Below are positions 45,398 through 55,611 of a stretch of 56,589 nt of DNA, in pieces. The position numbers were made by a program, and so were the translations under genes. The notes under the pieces are model-generated. The model saw only the letters and a list, made by a program, of their open reading frames with translations. It was not told the origin of the DNA and did not search any database. The stretch comes from a virus (lineage: Duplodnaviria; Caudoviricetes): positions 1 to 56,589 of IMG/VR virus record IMGVR_UViG_3300027419_000038; one strand, given 5' to 3'. How positions within the stretch are numbered: the stretch's first letter is position 1; each line of letters starts with the position of its first letter.

Positions 45398-45703
45398 CTA
45401 AGCACTTCCAAGTAATTCATCAATATCTTCTTCAATAATATCGGATGTGAATTTACCATCATCAGTTATAGCCTGAGCCTGAGCCTGTAACTTCCCACTT
45501 TGGGATAACAAGCCCTCTGGGAGAACTAGTATTGCTACACCATTAGCTCCATCCTCTATTGTCCCATTATACTTTCTAAGTTTACCACCTAGTTTACAAC
45601 GAACGATAACACTCCCATTAGTAATATTAATGGGAACTCCTAGTGGGTTGAGGAAAATAAACCGCATAGTGTACCCATAATCTCCTTCCTTCCAGTTAGT
45701 CAT
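45398..45703 (-). CDS. BppU N-terminal-like baseplate/fibre attachment protein
   Basis: GDYG....F....G.PINITN..V...DGANG....L.QSG..Q pattern. Confidence 0.65.
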   Translation of the reverse strand: MTNWKEGDYGYTMRFIFLNPLGVPINITNGSVIVRCKLGGKLRKYNGTIEDGANGVAILVLPEGLLSQSGKLQAQAQAITDDGKFTSDIIEEDIDELLGSA

Positions 45704-47255
45704 CTTCAACATCCCCTTCAATGTAATAAACTTTCTTATCAGCTATTTCAACATCATAAACATTACTGTCTTTAAAACTATTCATGTGGACAATTCCGGG
45801 GTTAATTTCCAGATTAAACTCTTTAAAAATGTCCAACATTAATTGGTAAACTAAAATTATCTGAATTGTAATATCTACATCATCAACAGCTTCAGAACTA
45901 TCAAATATTCCCATTGTGTTTATAATATGCAATGCTTCCTGAGCCTCGCTTGTTTCAAGTAATGGGACTAAAGCATTAATTCCTAATTGGGCAATCCCAA
46001 CGGAAAAATCTGTTGTTGTGAAATTATTACATTGATAAATTATTTCGGAATCAATTCCAGCATCATCAATCCCAAATATTTTATTTCTACTAATATTTTC
46101 AGATATAAATGTGTTTAAATCATTGATTGTTGGTTTAACCATTATGTTTGGAGTTTCGAAGAATCCTGGATAAACCCAATCATAATTACCATCATCCTCT
46201 TTGAAGATTGCTTTACCTAAATAGATATATTCTCCCAACAATAATGAATGTTGAAGCCCAGCATAACAACTATATGCCCCAGCAGGTGCTGTGTAACTCC
46301 CTTCTAAAGTCAGCCATTCATCAGTTTGAGTTACAGGATATAAATACTTAAACCCACCTAATTGAACCCCATAATAATCATAAAAAGCGAATATTAAGCG
46401 TGGAGGGTAAATTGTATTTGATTTTACCCGTATTTTTTGATAGTAACTTTTCCCAGGGGTTATTCCCCTAATTCTACCAAGGGCAGAATCATTCATAATG
46501 TATGTATTCCTACCCCCCATCCCATCCACTATGCAAGTTCTTTTAACACATCCTTCATCCCCTTCATCTTTTTCAAGAGTTTGGTATTCTAGTGTGGTGT
46601 ATGTTCCTCCACTTACAGCATAATTTGATGTGGACTGGTTAAGCTGACCTCCCGTTGCTGGGTTTGGGTGTAACATATTTCCAGGGCGGTCGTAATGGTT
46701 AATTTTATTTTTCTTAAGTACCCCATCCCCATAATAAGCCTCTAAAACATCCAAATACATCACGTTTGGGGCTGAGGGTTGGTATAATGTAATATATTCC
46801 CCCCCAGCACTCCACCATTGATTTAACTTGAAGGTGACTTTTTGCCAGGAATCAGTAACTGATACAATTTGACTTGTAGATATGGCTGCGTTGGCTCCGG
46901 TAACATACATCACGACATTAAATGGGGTTGGTGCTCTGACCCAAATACTTGTTTCACCCCCCTGACCTAAATTCCAGGTTAGTGTGGGGACTGTTAATCT
47001 CCCAGTATTATAATTCCCCCCACTGTGATTCCATTGGAGTTTGAGGGAATAAGTTCCACTTAAAACATAATCTGTGCTTTGGGTTTTAGTTGGAGGGGTG
47101 GTTCCACTCGCACCATATTCTGAAATATTATCCATATTCTGGACTGCAAGACTGTACCTGTTAGATTTAACATCTGAAATATTAAATGAGTTATTGACTG
47201 ATACACTATCAGAACCTACCCCTGATTCTATTAAATTAATAGTATTATCAGTCAT
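45696..47255 (-). CDS. Fibre/adhesin with two CBM_4_9-like domains
   Basis: SGTYSLK, VTDSWQKVTF, TPGKSYY, EWLTLEGSYTAPAGA; acidic repeats at both ends. Confidence 0.7.
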   Translation of the reverse strand: MTDNTINLIESGVGSDSVSVNNSFNISDVKSNRYSLAVQNMDNISEYGASGTTPPTKTQSTDYVLSGTYSLKLQWNHSGGNYNTGRLTVPTLTWNLGQGGETSIWVRAPTPFNVVMYVTGANAAISTSQIVSVTDSWQKVTFKLNQWWSAGGEYITLYQPSAPNVMYLDVLEAYYGDGVLKKNKINHYDRPGNMLHPNPATGGQLNQSTSNYAVSGGTYTTLEYQTLEKDEGDEGCVKRTCIVDGMGGRNTYIMNDSALGRIRGITPGKSYYQKIRVKSNTIYPPRLIFAFYDYYGVQLGGFKYLYPVTQTDEWLTLEGSYTAPAGAYSCYAGLQHSLLLGEYIYLGKAIFKEDDGNYDWVYPGFFETPNIMVKPTINDLNTFISENISRNKIFGIDDAGIDSEIIYQCNNFTTTDFSVGIAQLGINALVPLLETSEAQEALHIINTMGIFDSSEAVDDVDITIQIILVYQLMLDIFKEFNLEINPGIVHMNSFKDSNVYDVEIADKKVYYIEGDVEDD

Positions 47256-47261
47256 TTAAAT

Positions 47262-47801
47262 CTAACTCCAAGTTATTTCTATTGATACAACCCATACTTG
47301 CCCAGCAGTCTTAGTTCCCTGAGATGAAACTTTACGATTTAATAAGGTACCCACCCCATCGGCACCATTAGTTACACAAAACTCATTCCAAGCCCAATTG
47401 GCCTCAGTTCCAGTAAATGTTGATTGCCATATGGCTTTCTGAGAAGTCCCATAAGTTGGGAATCCTGAATCCATGGCTTTGAATAATTTATTAGTTGCAG
47501 CTTGAAGGTTTGTTTGACTTGCAACCTCCGCTGTACTACTATCCCCAACACCTATCTTAGCATTGGTATTATCATATTTTGTTCCACCTGCACTACAAAG
47601 TATTGTTGTTAAATTATTGATACCAACATTCATTAATTGATTAGGTTCAAAATTAGACACATCCATTATTTTTCCAAGCTTCCAGTCTTCCTCATTAGCG
47701 TATTTGGTTATTGTCCACTTTGCGTGTTCTTTAGTCCCATCCTTAATTTTAATCCCATGTCTTGCAACCCTTACAAGAGTGTTATAAACATCACGAATCA
47801 T
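47262..47801 (-). CDS. Tail-collar fibre-like protein
   Basis: IGVGDSSTA....T.L...EANWAWNEF...LLNRKV. Confidence 0.6.
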   Translation of the reverse strand: MIRDVYNTLVRVARHGIKIKDGTKEHAKWTITKYANEEDWKLGKIMDVSNFEPNQLMNVGINNLTTILCSAGGTKYDNTNAKIGVGDSSTAEVASQTNLQAATNKLFKAMDSGFPTYGTSQKAIWQSTFTGTEANWAWNEFCVTNGADGVGTLLNRKVSSQGTKTAGQVWVVSIEITWS

Positions 47802-48067
47802 TTTAACACCTCTTCAGGCTCAACTTCAATTATTTCAACAGGTTTAACAATAACATCACCGTCAACTATTTCAAAACCAACACTAACAACTTGGGAGTTC
47901 GTTGGAACTAATTCATTAATCTTAGAATTGATTTGTTCACTTACAATGTCTAATTTTTCCTGTATTTCGTCAACAGTGTTCCCATCATTCTCTAATTTTT
48001 TTATATATTGGTTGATGTCAACTTCTCGGAATGAGTCTGTTACAGGGTCATAAACGCTTTGTTTCAT
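47798..48067 (-). CDS. Hypothetical virion-module protein
   Basis: GGGTGA RBS; ATGA overlap. Confidence 0.6.
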   Translation of the reverse strand: MKQSVYDPVTDSFREVDINQYIKKLENDGNTVDEIQEKLDIVSEQINSKINELVPTNSQVVSVGFEIVDGDVIVKPVEIIEVEPEEVLK

Positions 48068-48072
48068 TTAAA

Positions 48073-48417
48073 TCACCCTGATGGTGTTTTGAACTGTGTT
48101 TCCATGTAGGTTCCTGCAAATGAGCCAGTCCCACCGTATACGGATACTGCACGGATTGCGTGTCCTGAAAAGCCGGTAACTTCTACGAATCCCACACCAT
48201 TTGAGGCGTTTATAGCTGTACCTGTCTTGAAATCAACCCACGCCCCGTTACTCATCTTCATTTGTACTTTTGGAGTTATTGTTGCACTTCCAGTTAATAT
48301 ACCTACTTTAACTGCCACTATAAATGCAGTATGCTCTTTAACACTAATCTCAGCCCCGTTAACAGTAGCATTGAATGTAGCGTTATCTATATCTACAACC
48401 GTTTTAGTAAATGTCAT
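48073..48417 (-). CDS. Small beta-rich virion protein
   Basis: KVQMKMSNGAWVD..IRAV; ATGA overlap. Confidence 0.6.
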   Translation of the reverse strand: MTFTKTVVDIDNATFNATVNGAEISVKEHTAFIVAVKVGILTGSATITPKVQMKMSNGAWVDFKTGTAINASNGVGFVEVTGFSGHAIRAVSVYGGTGSFAGTYMETQFKTPSG

Positions 48418-49235
48418 TTAGTCATCCCCATAATCCTTTTTAATATGTTTGTGAAGCTTAACCTTAACTGAGAACCACTCACCGGCCTGAATGTGCACCT
48501 GCACCAAATATGATACGGGCATGGAGGTAAGGTATCCATCGTATATGGGTTGTTTGCTTCGAAGAATCTACAAAAAGAACAAACATCATTATCATGCTTG
48601 GTTATCCAATCATATAATGTGTCCTTTTTGTAAACAAAATTGTAATATGCTTTTTTTGCAGTATTGTAACTACTCATTACCCCATGTACGACCATTCGTT
48701 TGATTCTGTACACTGCTCGGCGGACTATGACTCCTGTTTTAACTTTAGCATCAGGTTCCTGCTCCTGTCGTGCTTTTATAAAGTGTGAACTTGTTTTTAG
48801 GTCGTTTTTGACCTCATCACATATAGCCCGAACGGTTAATTTCTGGTCAGTTAGAGAGTATTTATTATCCACTTTCACTTTTTCTTCTAATTGTTTTGCC
48901 AAATTCTCTTTTTCTGTGCTGGTTAGAAGGAATCTTGAGTCACTCATACTTCCAAACACATCTAATAATGCGTCAGCTATTCCTATCAACACTATTGCTG
49001 GGAGCATTGACTCAATTATTAATAATATGTCATCGTAGAGTGTATTTACTCGGTCATCAATCCCAGCATACATGTCCTCTGGACTCATGGATTGTATGTC
49101 TTGGTAGAATAGTTCAAAAAGAGAGACGAGTGCAACCTCATAAGTAGCTCCAACTTCACTATTATCCATCGTTAAGGTGAAGTCAGGTTCTATGGGTTCT
49201 ACTGATTCTTCTCTAGGGTCTACCATGGTTGCCAT
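48414..49235 (-). CDS. Head morphogenesis protein (Mu gpF/SPP1 gp7-like)
   Basis: WITKHD..VCSFC....PYHIWCRC; directly after portal. Confidence 0.85.
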   Translation of the reverse strand: MATMVDPREESVEPIEPDFTLTMDNSEVGATYEVALVSLFELFYQDIQSMSPEDMYAGIDDRVNTLYDDILLIIESMLPAIVLIGIADALLDVFGSMSDSRFLLTSTEKENLAKQLEEKVKVDNKYSLTDQKLTVRAICDEVKNDLKTSSHFIKARQEQEPDAKVKTGVIVRRAVYRIKRMVVHGVMSSYNTAKKAYYNFVYKKDTLYDWITKHDNDVCSFCRFFEANNPYTMDTLPPCPYHIWCRCTFRPVSGSQLRLSFTNILKRIMGMTK

Positions 49236-49236
49236 G

Positions 49237-50706
49237 TTAACTCACTGTTCCTTTAACACCCTTCCAACCCCTCTTCCTTAATGCTAGAATTATAGGGTCA
49301 TCCTCAGTGTTTTGTAATCTTTGTGTCTTCTGTGATTCTTCGTTGCCAGGTTGGGCTGGTTTCCCACGTGTTTCATTAGGGTCGGCATTCATATTGACTT
49401 TAGCTTGTATTTGCATGGCAGGTTCTAGTATATTCGGTGTTTTGTTTGGGTTAGCGTCAACTAATTCTTGGTATCTGCTGAAATATCCTTTTAATATAAA
49501 GTCTTTATCCAAACCCGGCACTATTGACACTAATGTGTTGGCAATGTTTGCTGATTCGGCTTCATCATCTTTATCAAGGTCGGGGTACTCCCCGAAGATA
49601 TGTCCAATAGCATTCTCCATCCTACCAATGGTTAGAGCTTCGTTTATAATATCAGGCTCTAACCATGACTTAATGAATGCACGGAGATACTCCATATACA
49701 CTAAGAATCCGGCAGAACCACTCATCTGTTCTTTGGTAGTGAAACGACCACCCTTGCTGGATTCAAATTTAGAATCTGGAGTCATTAAAACTGAACGAAT
49801 CTCTGTCTTGAAATATTTAAGGTATAATGTGTAATCTAATAACGAATTTGCACCCATACGTGTGGGTTTAATCCCAGCAGGATATCCCACAACTTCCTTC
49901 TCATCAGATTCACTGAACCAAGAGATTATTTTCTCAATATCACTATCAGAAACTTCACTTATATCATAATCATCAGCACCAATCTCTAAACCCATTATAG
50001 CTCCACTTTTGTGGGCTGATTTTATAAGGTACTTTTCAGTACGCTTCTTCATATCAATAAGGTCTAGTGCAGCATATATTGCACTCCTACCATCACCATC
50101 TTTCTCCATATACTTTAAATGGATTATTTCTTCAGGTGCGAAGTGATATGTAACCTCTTCCTCTTCCATTTGGATATCATCGAAATCAGCGTTCTGCCAA
50201 CCATCAGATGGCACTAATACGGTGGCTTTTTGAATGTATTCTAATACTTCATCCGTTTTAGGGTCTCGTATGATTAAGAAATCGAACTCATCCCCATCAT
50301 AAGCGAGGAAGTCCAGGCATAATTTACCGTTACGGATTGATTTCTGGATGAAACAAGCCCCATCCACTAAACACTTCTCAATAGCTTCATCAATGAACTC
50401 ATTAAGCTTCCATTGCTTAGAACATTCCTCAATGTACTCTTTAGCTTTCTGAAACTGCTTAGGGTCGTCAGTGGCAATGCGTAAGTCATGATTAGCAGTA
50501 ATCACTGCATTGTTAATCGATGAGTTAACAGTTGAATCATTCTCATACGCCCACCTAGCATTTTTAATAGTCCTTGGAATACGCTCGTATCCCATATCCT
50601 CAAAATTAGGGAGTTCGGTGTCAGAATCCTCTTCGTTGGCTGCACCTCTAGCGATACCATCTTGATTCGTGTTAAGCAACCGTCCCATCATCTTCAATAA
50701 TCCCAT
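49237..50706 (-). CDS. Portal protein
   Basis: 489 aa after terminase; LVDGACF, FAPEEIIHL..GRS motifs. Confidence 0.88.
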   Translation of the reverse strand: MGLLKMMGRLLNTNQDGIARGAANEEDSDTELPNFEDMGYERIPRTIKNARWAYENDSTVNSSINNAVITANHDLRIATDDPKQFQKAKEYIEECSKQWKLNEFIDEAIEKCLVDGACFIQKSIRNGKLCLDFLAYDGDEFDFLIIRDPKTDEVLEYIQKATVLVPSDGWQNADFDDIQMEEEEVTYHFAPEEIIHLKYMEKDGDGRSAIYAALDLIDMKKRTEKYLIKSAHKSGAIMGLEIGADDYDISEVSDSDIEKIISWFSESDEKEVVGYPAGIKPTRMGANSLLDYTLYLKYFKTEIRSVLMTPDSKFESSKGGRFTTKEQMSGSAGFLVYMEYLRAFIKSWLEPDIINEALTIGRMENAIGHIFGEYPDLDKDDEAESANIANTLVSIVPGLDKDFILKGYFSRYQELVDANPNKTPNILEPAMQIQAKVNMNADPNETRGKPAQPGNEESQKTQRLQNTEDDPIILALRKRGWKGVKGTVS

Positions 50707-50718
50707 TGTATCTCCCCT

Positions 50719-52074
50719 TTACACAGCACTGAGGAATCTTCTACTACGCTTTTTAGTAGCCCCAAATAAGTAATTAAACGCTCCTGAGAAACAATCCACT
50801 TGGTCGTCGTGCCCACCTTCGTCAGGAGGGAATGCCACGATTTCCTCAAAGAAATCCTCATTCCACGGAGCATCCATAATATAAACAAATCCCTGTTCAC
50901 TGTAAGCCGAAATCCGCTTAGCACGGTCTTCTTTACTTCCACTGTTCCGTATTGATTCGAATCGGAATCCAGGGAGAAGTCTACTATAATAATTAGCTAC
51001 AATCTTACCAGATGAACCTGGCTCTTCTTCCATACAAACCGTGACACCATATCCATCGTGCTGGGCTGTTTTAAGAATCAGAGCTTCCACCTCATTTGGT
51101 GTTCCACGCATCCGTTTAACATCCCGAACATAACAGAAATTAGCTTCATCCACTTCCATTAGCAGACCAACAGTCCAATCCGGGTCACGCCCAGCTTTAC
51201 TTGGCTTTGTTGCAGCTAAATCCCAGTATCTGCACCGTTTAACTATTTTCCTCGGCACATTACGATAGAATTTGTTTTCGAACCATTTTAGTTTGAATAA
51301 TCCCCCTTCAATTCCAACATCCCAGTCACCATACTTTAATTGTTGCCGGGTTACATAATCGAGCTTGTCTAGTTTTGATTCGTAGTCTGCTCGGTCTATG
51401 TGTGGATTGTCGAGGTAAGAAGCTGGAATAAATGGCTTCTCATTATAATCGTTAACTGCTATAAATCTTCTTTTAACCCATTGGTGTCCTACACCCCCTG
51501 GGTTTGTCCCAGCTCTCATTCTACTGGGTATTTCACTACCTTCAAGTCGCCTAAGACGACTGAACAAATATCTGTATTGTGTTTCTGTAAATTGTGTTAA
51601 TTCATCAAAAGCAACATAATCAAACTCAGTACCTTGATAACGGTATTTATCATTCTCTGTTTCAAGATACCCGAATGTTACGGTCGCTCCAGACGGAAAT
51701 GTCCATGTTTTCTTACGGTCATCCCATTTCGCATCTGTATTATATAACCATGACGCAGCCCTGTCCATCAAGGCACCGGGTAACGCTAAATCTGCATAAG
51801 TACGACGTAAAATCAGTGCACTATACTCTGCATGACTCACATGACGTAATGCATCCATAAGTATAGCATCAGACTTACCCCCTCCCGCCTGACCTCCGTA
51901 GAGGACTTCTTCTTGTGGGGTAAGTAAAAAATGAACTTGTTTCATGAAGGGGCGGTGGGGAATGTACTCATTCTCCAATATCTCCGTCATCAGGGTTTTC
52001 TTCTCCTGCATCGTCAGGGGTTTGGTCCGTAGCATCCTGTGCCACTTCTTCCCCGACTGGTTCGGCATCGCCAT
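50719..52074 (-). CDS. terL: Terminase large subunit
   Basis: YGGQAGGGKS, FDELTQF, TNPGG.GH.WVK, WDLA, HDDQVD. Confidence 0.95.
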   Translation of the reverse strand: MAMPNQSGKKWHRMLRTKPLTMQEKKTLMTEILENEYIPHRPFMKQVHFLLTPQEEVLYGGQAGGGKSDAILMDALRHVSHAEYSALILRRTYADLALPGALMDRAASWLYNTDAKWDDRKKTWTFPSGATVTFGYLETENDKYRYQGTEFDYVAFDELTQFTETQYRYLFSRLRRLEGSEIPSRMRAGTNPGGVGHQWVKRRFIAVNDYNEKPFIPASYLDNPHIDRADYESKLDKLDYVTRQQLKYGDWDVGIEGGLFKLKWFENKFYRNVPRKIVKRCRYWDLAATKPSKAGRDPDWTVGLLMEVDEANFCYVRDVKRMRGTPNEVEALILKTAQHDGYGVTVCMEEEPGSSGKIVANYYSRLLPGFRFESIRNSGSKEDRAKRISAYSEQGFVYIMDAPWNEDFFEEIVAFPPDEGGHDDQVDCFSGAFNYLFGATKKRSRRFLSAV

Positions 52075-52621
52075 CTTTCTCACCCTCTAAATCTTCAAAG
52101 TAATTCACGTACTCCTCTGCACGTTTCTTAACTTCGGCTTTAATCTCTTCAGGAGTTTTACCTTCACTACGGCTAGTTGCTTCACCCATCAGGAGTAACC
52201 CTAGTTTCAATATTCTATCAATGTCAACTGTGTTGTTTATTTGGATTATATCTTCTGGATTTAACTCAGTACGGTCAAGGTACTGGTTTATGATTCCATC
52301 AATAATATCCAGGTATCGTGCACGGGTTTCAACCATATCCCGCTCAGTACGAAGCTCAACACGCCTTCGTACTTTCTTCTTACGCTCAGCACAACGTTCA
52401 TCCCATTTAAGGACTTTACGCCAATTGAATATTGTGGCGTAGGCAATATCGAGTTCTTTTTCTATTTTAATAACTCGTTGTCGTACTGGTAATGAATCAC
52501 CTAATGAAAAGTATAATTCGTAAGCTTCATGTTGTCTATCTGTCTCGTTTTCTAAACAAATCTTTGGTCTTCCTCTTTGCTCTGTTTTGGGTCGTCCTCT
52601 TCCTCGTTTTTTCTTAGCCAT
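51968..52621 (-). CDS. terS: Terminase small subunit
   Basis: N-terminal RGRP repeats and HTH (IAYATIFNWRK..W..R); immediately upstream of terL. Confidence 0.7.
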   Translation of the reverse strand: MAKKKRGRGRPKTEQRGRPKICLENETDRQHEAYELYFSLGDSLPVRQRVIKIEKELDIAYATIFNWRKVLKWDERCAERKKKVRRRVELRTERDMVETRARYLDIIDGIINQYLDRTELNPEDIIQINNTVDIDRILKLGLLLMGEATSRSEGKTPEEIKAEVKKRAEEYVNYFEDLEGEKDGDAEPVGEEVAQDATDQTPDDAGEENPDDGDIGE

Positions 52622-52632
52622 GATTATCCCCC

Positions 52633-53115
52633 TTAATTGCCGAAGAATTTCAGAATTGATTCAGCATTTGTAATTATTAATGTGATTATTGAAATGATTA
52701 GAGTCCCACTTAACCATTTAATGTATTTTGTACTCTCTTTCCTGGCGGTCTGCTCATCCTTTATATGGTCATCCAACTTCACTGTAAGAGTTCTGACCAT
52801 TTCCCCAAGCTCAGCGGTGTTCTTTGTCAAATCATCAATATCCTTTTCACTTCGGTCTATGCGCCCGTAAATGTTCCCCCTCACTTCTGTAGTCCCCTTT
52901 TGGAATTCTATCAATGCTGGAATGTTCCCATTCCATTTACAGAAATGTTGAGAGGTACTTATTTCTAATTGTGCTACGCAAGAACGTAATTTAGAAACCT
53001 CCTGCATTAAAGAGAACATCATAAAAATAGCCGGGTCTTTAGTATCCCCGGACTTTAACATATCTTTAAAAGGTTCTAAATCTAATTCTTCCCCATCACA
53101 ACCATTCATAAACAA
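52633..53115 (-). CDS. Coiled-coil protein with C-terminal TM helix (possible lysis accessory)
   Basis: Heptad-like region then WLSGTLIISIITLII. Confidence 0.6.
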   Translation of the reverse strand: MFMNGCDGEELDLEPFKDMLKSGDTKDPAIFMMFSLMQEVSKLRSCVAQLEISTSQHFCKWNGNIPALIEFQKGTTEVRGNIYGRIDRSEKDIDDLTKNTAELGEMVRTLTVKLDDHIKDEQTARKESTKYIKWLSGTLIISIITLIITNAESILKFFGN

Positions 53116-53205
53116 AATCCCCTATAAATAATAATAATAAAATTTCTGCAACAGAGATGGACTGCATAATCCGGAATAAATATTGCAGAAATGAAACGGA
53201 GCGAT

Positions 53206-53460
53206 TTAGACGGCTCCTTCGCCTTCTTTGACTTCAGATTCACTTGACTTAATCTCAGCCTTTTCCTGCATGTACTGTTTAGTGTAGTACACACTGACTA
53301 TTGCCAATCCAGCCCCTACAAGCCCCACGACGGTGGGTCCGTAAGGAGTGAAATACCCAAGAATCTGTGACTGGTACTGATAAACAAGCCCTAAGATAAC
53401 TGGTCCGACAACACTCAAAATTGTGGTGAGTGAATCCTGTAATTTTTTGTCCATAAACAA
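53206..53460 (-). CDS. Putative holin (two TM helices)
   Basis: Two hydrophobic segments and charged C-terminal tail; GGAGGT RBS. Confidence 0.55.
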   Translation of the reverse strand: MFMDKKLQDSLTTILSVVGPVILGLVYQYQSQILGYFTPYGPTVVGLVGAGLAIVSVYYTKQYMQEKAEIKSSESEVKEGEGAV

Positions 53461-53583
53461 ACCTCCAAAAAAACATTACCCCCTTAAACATGGGAATAAA
53501 TAAAATAAAAAACATGTTGGCAAGAGTAACCTTTATATTCTCTTACACTATACTATATATAGTAACGTAGAACACACTTTCTA

Positions 53584-53601
53584 AACCGAAAGTTTATAAA
53601 G
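53584..53601 (+). promoter_or_regulatory. BRE-TATA promoter of right-arm operon
   Basis: aaccgaaagTTTATAAAg ~45 bp upstream of AGGAG RBS/ATG 53646. Confidence 0.75.
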
Positions 53602-53645
53602 CAAGGAGTTCTAACATACATGAGTATAAACAGGAGCTGATAAGA

Positions 53646-53960
53646 ATGCAAGACCCAATAAAAGCATTAAGCAAGATTCATAGGATGGTTCATGACGTAT
53701 ACACCACCCTAGAAGACATAGACAAATACATAGACGATACGGGATTATTAGAAGACTTTGAAACCATAGAAATGGCAAAAGAACACTTAAACACGGCAGA
53801 TGGTATAACAGACCTACTATTAATAACCAAAAACAAAGACGGGGACAAAAGAGCATTATTCGTTGGAGATGTACACGAATTACACCGATGGGTAGCCTGG
53901 GATGTGGAACATAACGAGGTATTAAAACAAAAAGAATTAGATAGCAAAGCAGGAGACTAA
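53646..53960 (+). CDS. Hypothetical protein
   Basis: AGGAG RBS; first gene of plus-strand operon. Confidence 0.7.
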   Translation: MQDPIKALSKIHRMVHDVYTTLEDIDKYIDDTGLLEDFETIEMAKEHLNTADGITDLLLITKNKDGDKRALFVGDVHELHRWVAWDVEHNEVLKQKELDSKAGD

Positions 53961-53966
53961 ACAACA

Positions 53967-54320
53967 ATGTCAACAAAACTAACAATCAAAAAATGGGGAG
54001 TAGTAACCGGAATCAAAGTATTAGACCCAGACGGGTTCGACAGAACAGATTCCAACGTTATGAGCAGAACATACACCTTAAAAGAATTCATACTCGGAGC
54101 AGCACACTGCACATGCCAATGGCGAAAAGGAAGCATAATCCTAATCGACGAACTATTAGACATATTCAAAGAACTTGAAACAAAAGAACAGAACCAAGCT
54201 ATAGTAAAACAGAAATCCCTGGAGATAATAAACCAAATCACAGCAGGATACGCCCTACCAAGCCCTACAGAAATAATAAACATCTATATTGAAACATCCA
54301 AAAAACTAGGAGGCGAATAA
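53967..54320 (+). CDS. Conserved phage hypothetical protein
   Basis: GIKVLDPDGFDR..T..EF motif recurrent in phages. Confidence 0.7.
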   Translation: MSTKLTIKKWGVVTGIKVLDPDGFDRTDSNVMSRTYTLKEFILGAAHCTCQWRKGSIILIDELLDIFKELETKEQNQAIVKQKSLEIINQITAGYALPSPTEIINIYIETSKKLGGE

Positions 54321-54623
54321 ATGATAAAAACAAAAATAATTTCAACAACCAAAGGATTAAAAGGAGTAACCTTAGTAGATAGTGAATGGAAGGACTACTG
54401 TAAAATAATAGACCAAGGATACATCCTAAACGAAGCAAATAGAAGCTGGATACACCCAGACGACCTCGAACTATATAAATCAATGATTGAAAAGCAAAAA
54501 GAATGCATTCTAAACGCACACAAAAAAGAAATAAGAAAACGTGAGAACCAATGGACCATAGCATACATAATACTAGGATTATGCTTCTTAGCCGTATTAA
54601 TATTTAACATATGGTGGGCGTAA
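54321..54623 (+). CDS. Membrane protein (C-terminal TM)
   Basis: WTIAYIILGLCFLAVLIFNIWW; AGGAGG RBS. Confidence 0.65.
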   Translation: MIKTKIISTTKGLKGVTLVDSEWKDYCKIIDQGYILNEANRSWIHPDDLELYKSMIEKQKECILNAHKKEIRKRENQWTIAYIILGLCFLAVLIFNIWWA

Positions 54624-54793
54624 CAATGGAATGGAGTAAACGACCCTGCCCAAAATGCTGGGGAAGAATGGAAATGCGAAGCCTAAACAACTACTACGAA
54701 ACCCATGAATACAAATGCGAAGACTGCGGACACACCTACCACGTAGACGGCTTAGACATACAAAAACATGAAAAAGACGGAGACATAACATGA
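54611..54793 (+). CDS. Zinc-ribbon protein
   Basis: CPKC...YKCEDCG; likely start MEWSK. Confidence 0.65.
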   Translation: MVGVTMEWSKRPCPKCWGRMEMRSLNNYYETHEYKCEDCGHTYHVDGLDIQKHEKDGDIT

Positions 54794-54959
54794 ATAAGAA
54801 TAGCACACAAGTCAGACCCAGAAAACGAAATCATAGTACACATCAAAGGAGACACAAAAGCACTAATGAGGGCAATGATGGCATTAAGAAAAGAACACAT
54901 CCTACTACAATGGTGGATGGGCATATACGCTGAAGACGGATAAAAAGGAGACACTAACG

Positions 54960-55205
54960 ATGGAAAGAGAACCCACACAAGAAGAAATGGACAAATACGA
55001 CGAATACATCCGAGAAACACTAAACTTCCCCGAAGAAGAACCCCCACAACCATTCACAACCAAAATAACATACAAACAACCAGAATACTACCTACTAGAC
55101 GCATACTGCCCACACTGCCAAGAACAACTCACAATATGGAACGACGGCTGGATAAGATGCACATACATAATGTGCGACTACGAAAAACAATTCGTGAGGC
55201 AATAA
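54960..55205 (+). CDS. Zinc-ribbon protein
   Basis: CPHC...C....C; AGGAG RBS. Confidence 0.65.
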   Translation: MEREPTQEEMDKYDEYIRETLNFPEEEPPQPFTTKITYKQPEYYLLDAYCPHCQEQLTIWNDGWIRCTYIMCDYEKQFVRQ

Positions 55206-55379
55206 CGATGGAAATAGACGAATTAATCACAAAATGGGCATACGATATAGCATACTTACTAGAACAACATACAATAATACGATTAAAAGGAAAAACAAGC
55301 CCAACACAAGACTACTTCACAACACTAGACCAAATACAAGAAACAGCACTCAAAACAGCACTAAAAGGAGACTGATACG

Positions 55380-55610
55380 ATGGAACCAAGAATAATAAGA
55401 ATATCAAACCCACTAAACATAACAAAAAGCATAATACAAGCCATAAGAAACTACACCCCATTCGCAGTAACAGGACATGGATACATAGTGGAATACAAAC
55501 AAAAACTATTCCGAGTAGAATGGAGCGTTAGAGAAGTCACCGGAGAAATGGTACCTGGCTTAAACCGAAAACACATAGCAGAATACGAATTAACCGAAAA
55601 GGAGGAATAA
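55380..55610 (+). CDS. Hypothetical protein
   Basis: AGGAG RBS. Confidence 0.6.
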   Translation: MEPRIIRISNPLNITKSIIQAIRNYTPFAVTGHGYIVEYKQKLFRVEWSVREVTGEMVPGLNRKHIAEYELTEKEE

Positions 55611-55611
55611 A

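Noticed and set aside
2021-53000. Numerous plus-strand ORFs antisense to minus-strand genes (and minus-strand ORFs in 53.6-55.9 kb)
   Set aside because: Shadow ORFs of strongly biased coding strands; S/F/I/L-rich, no RBS
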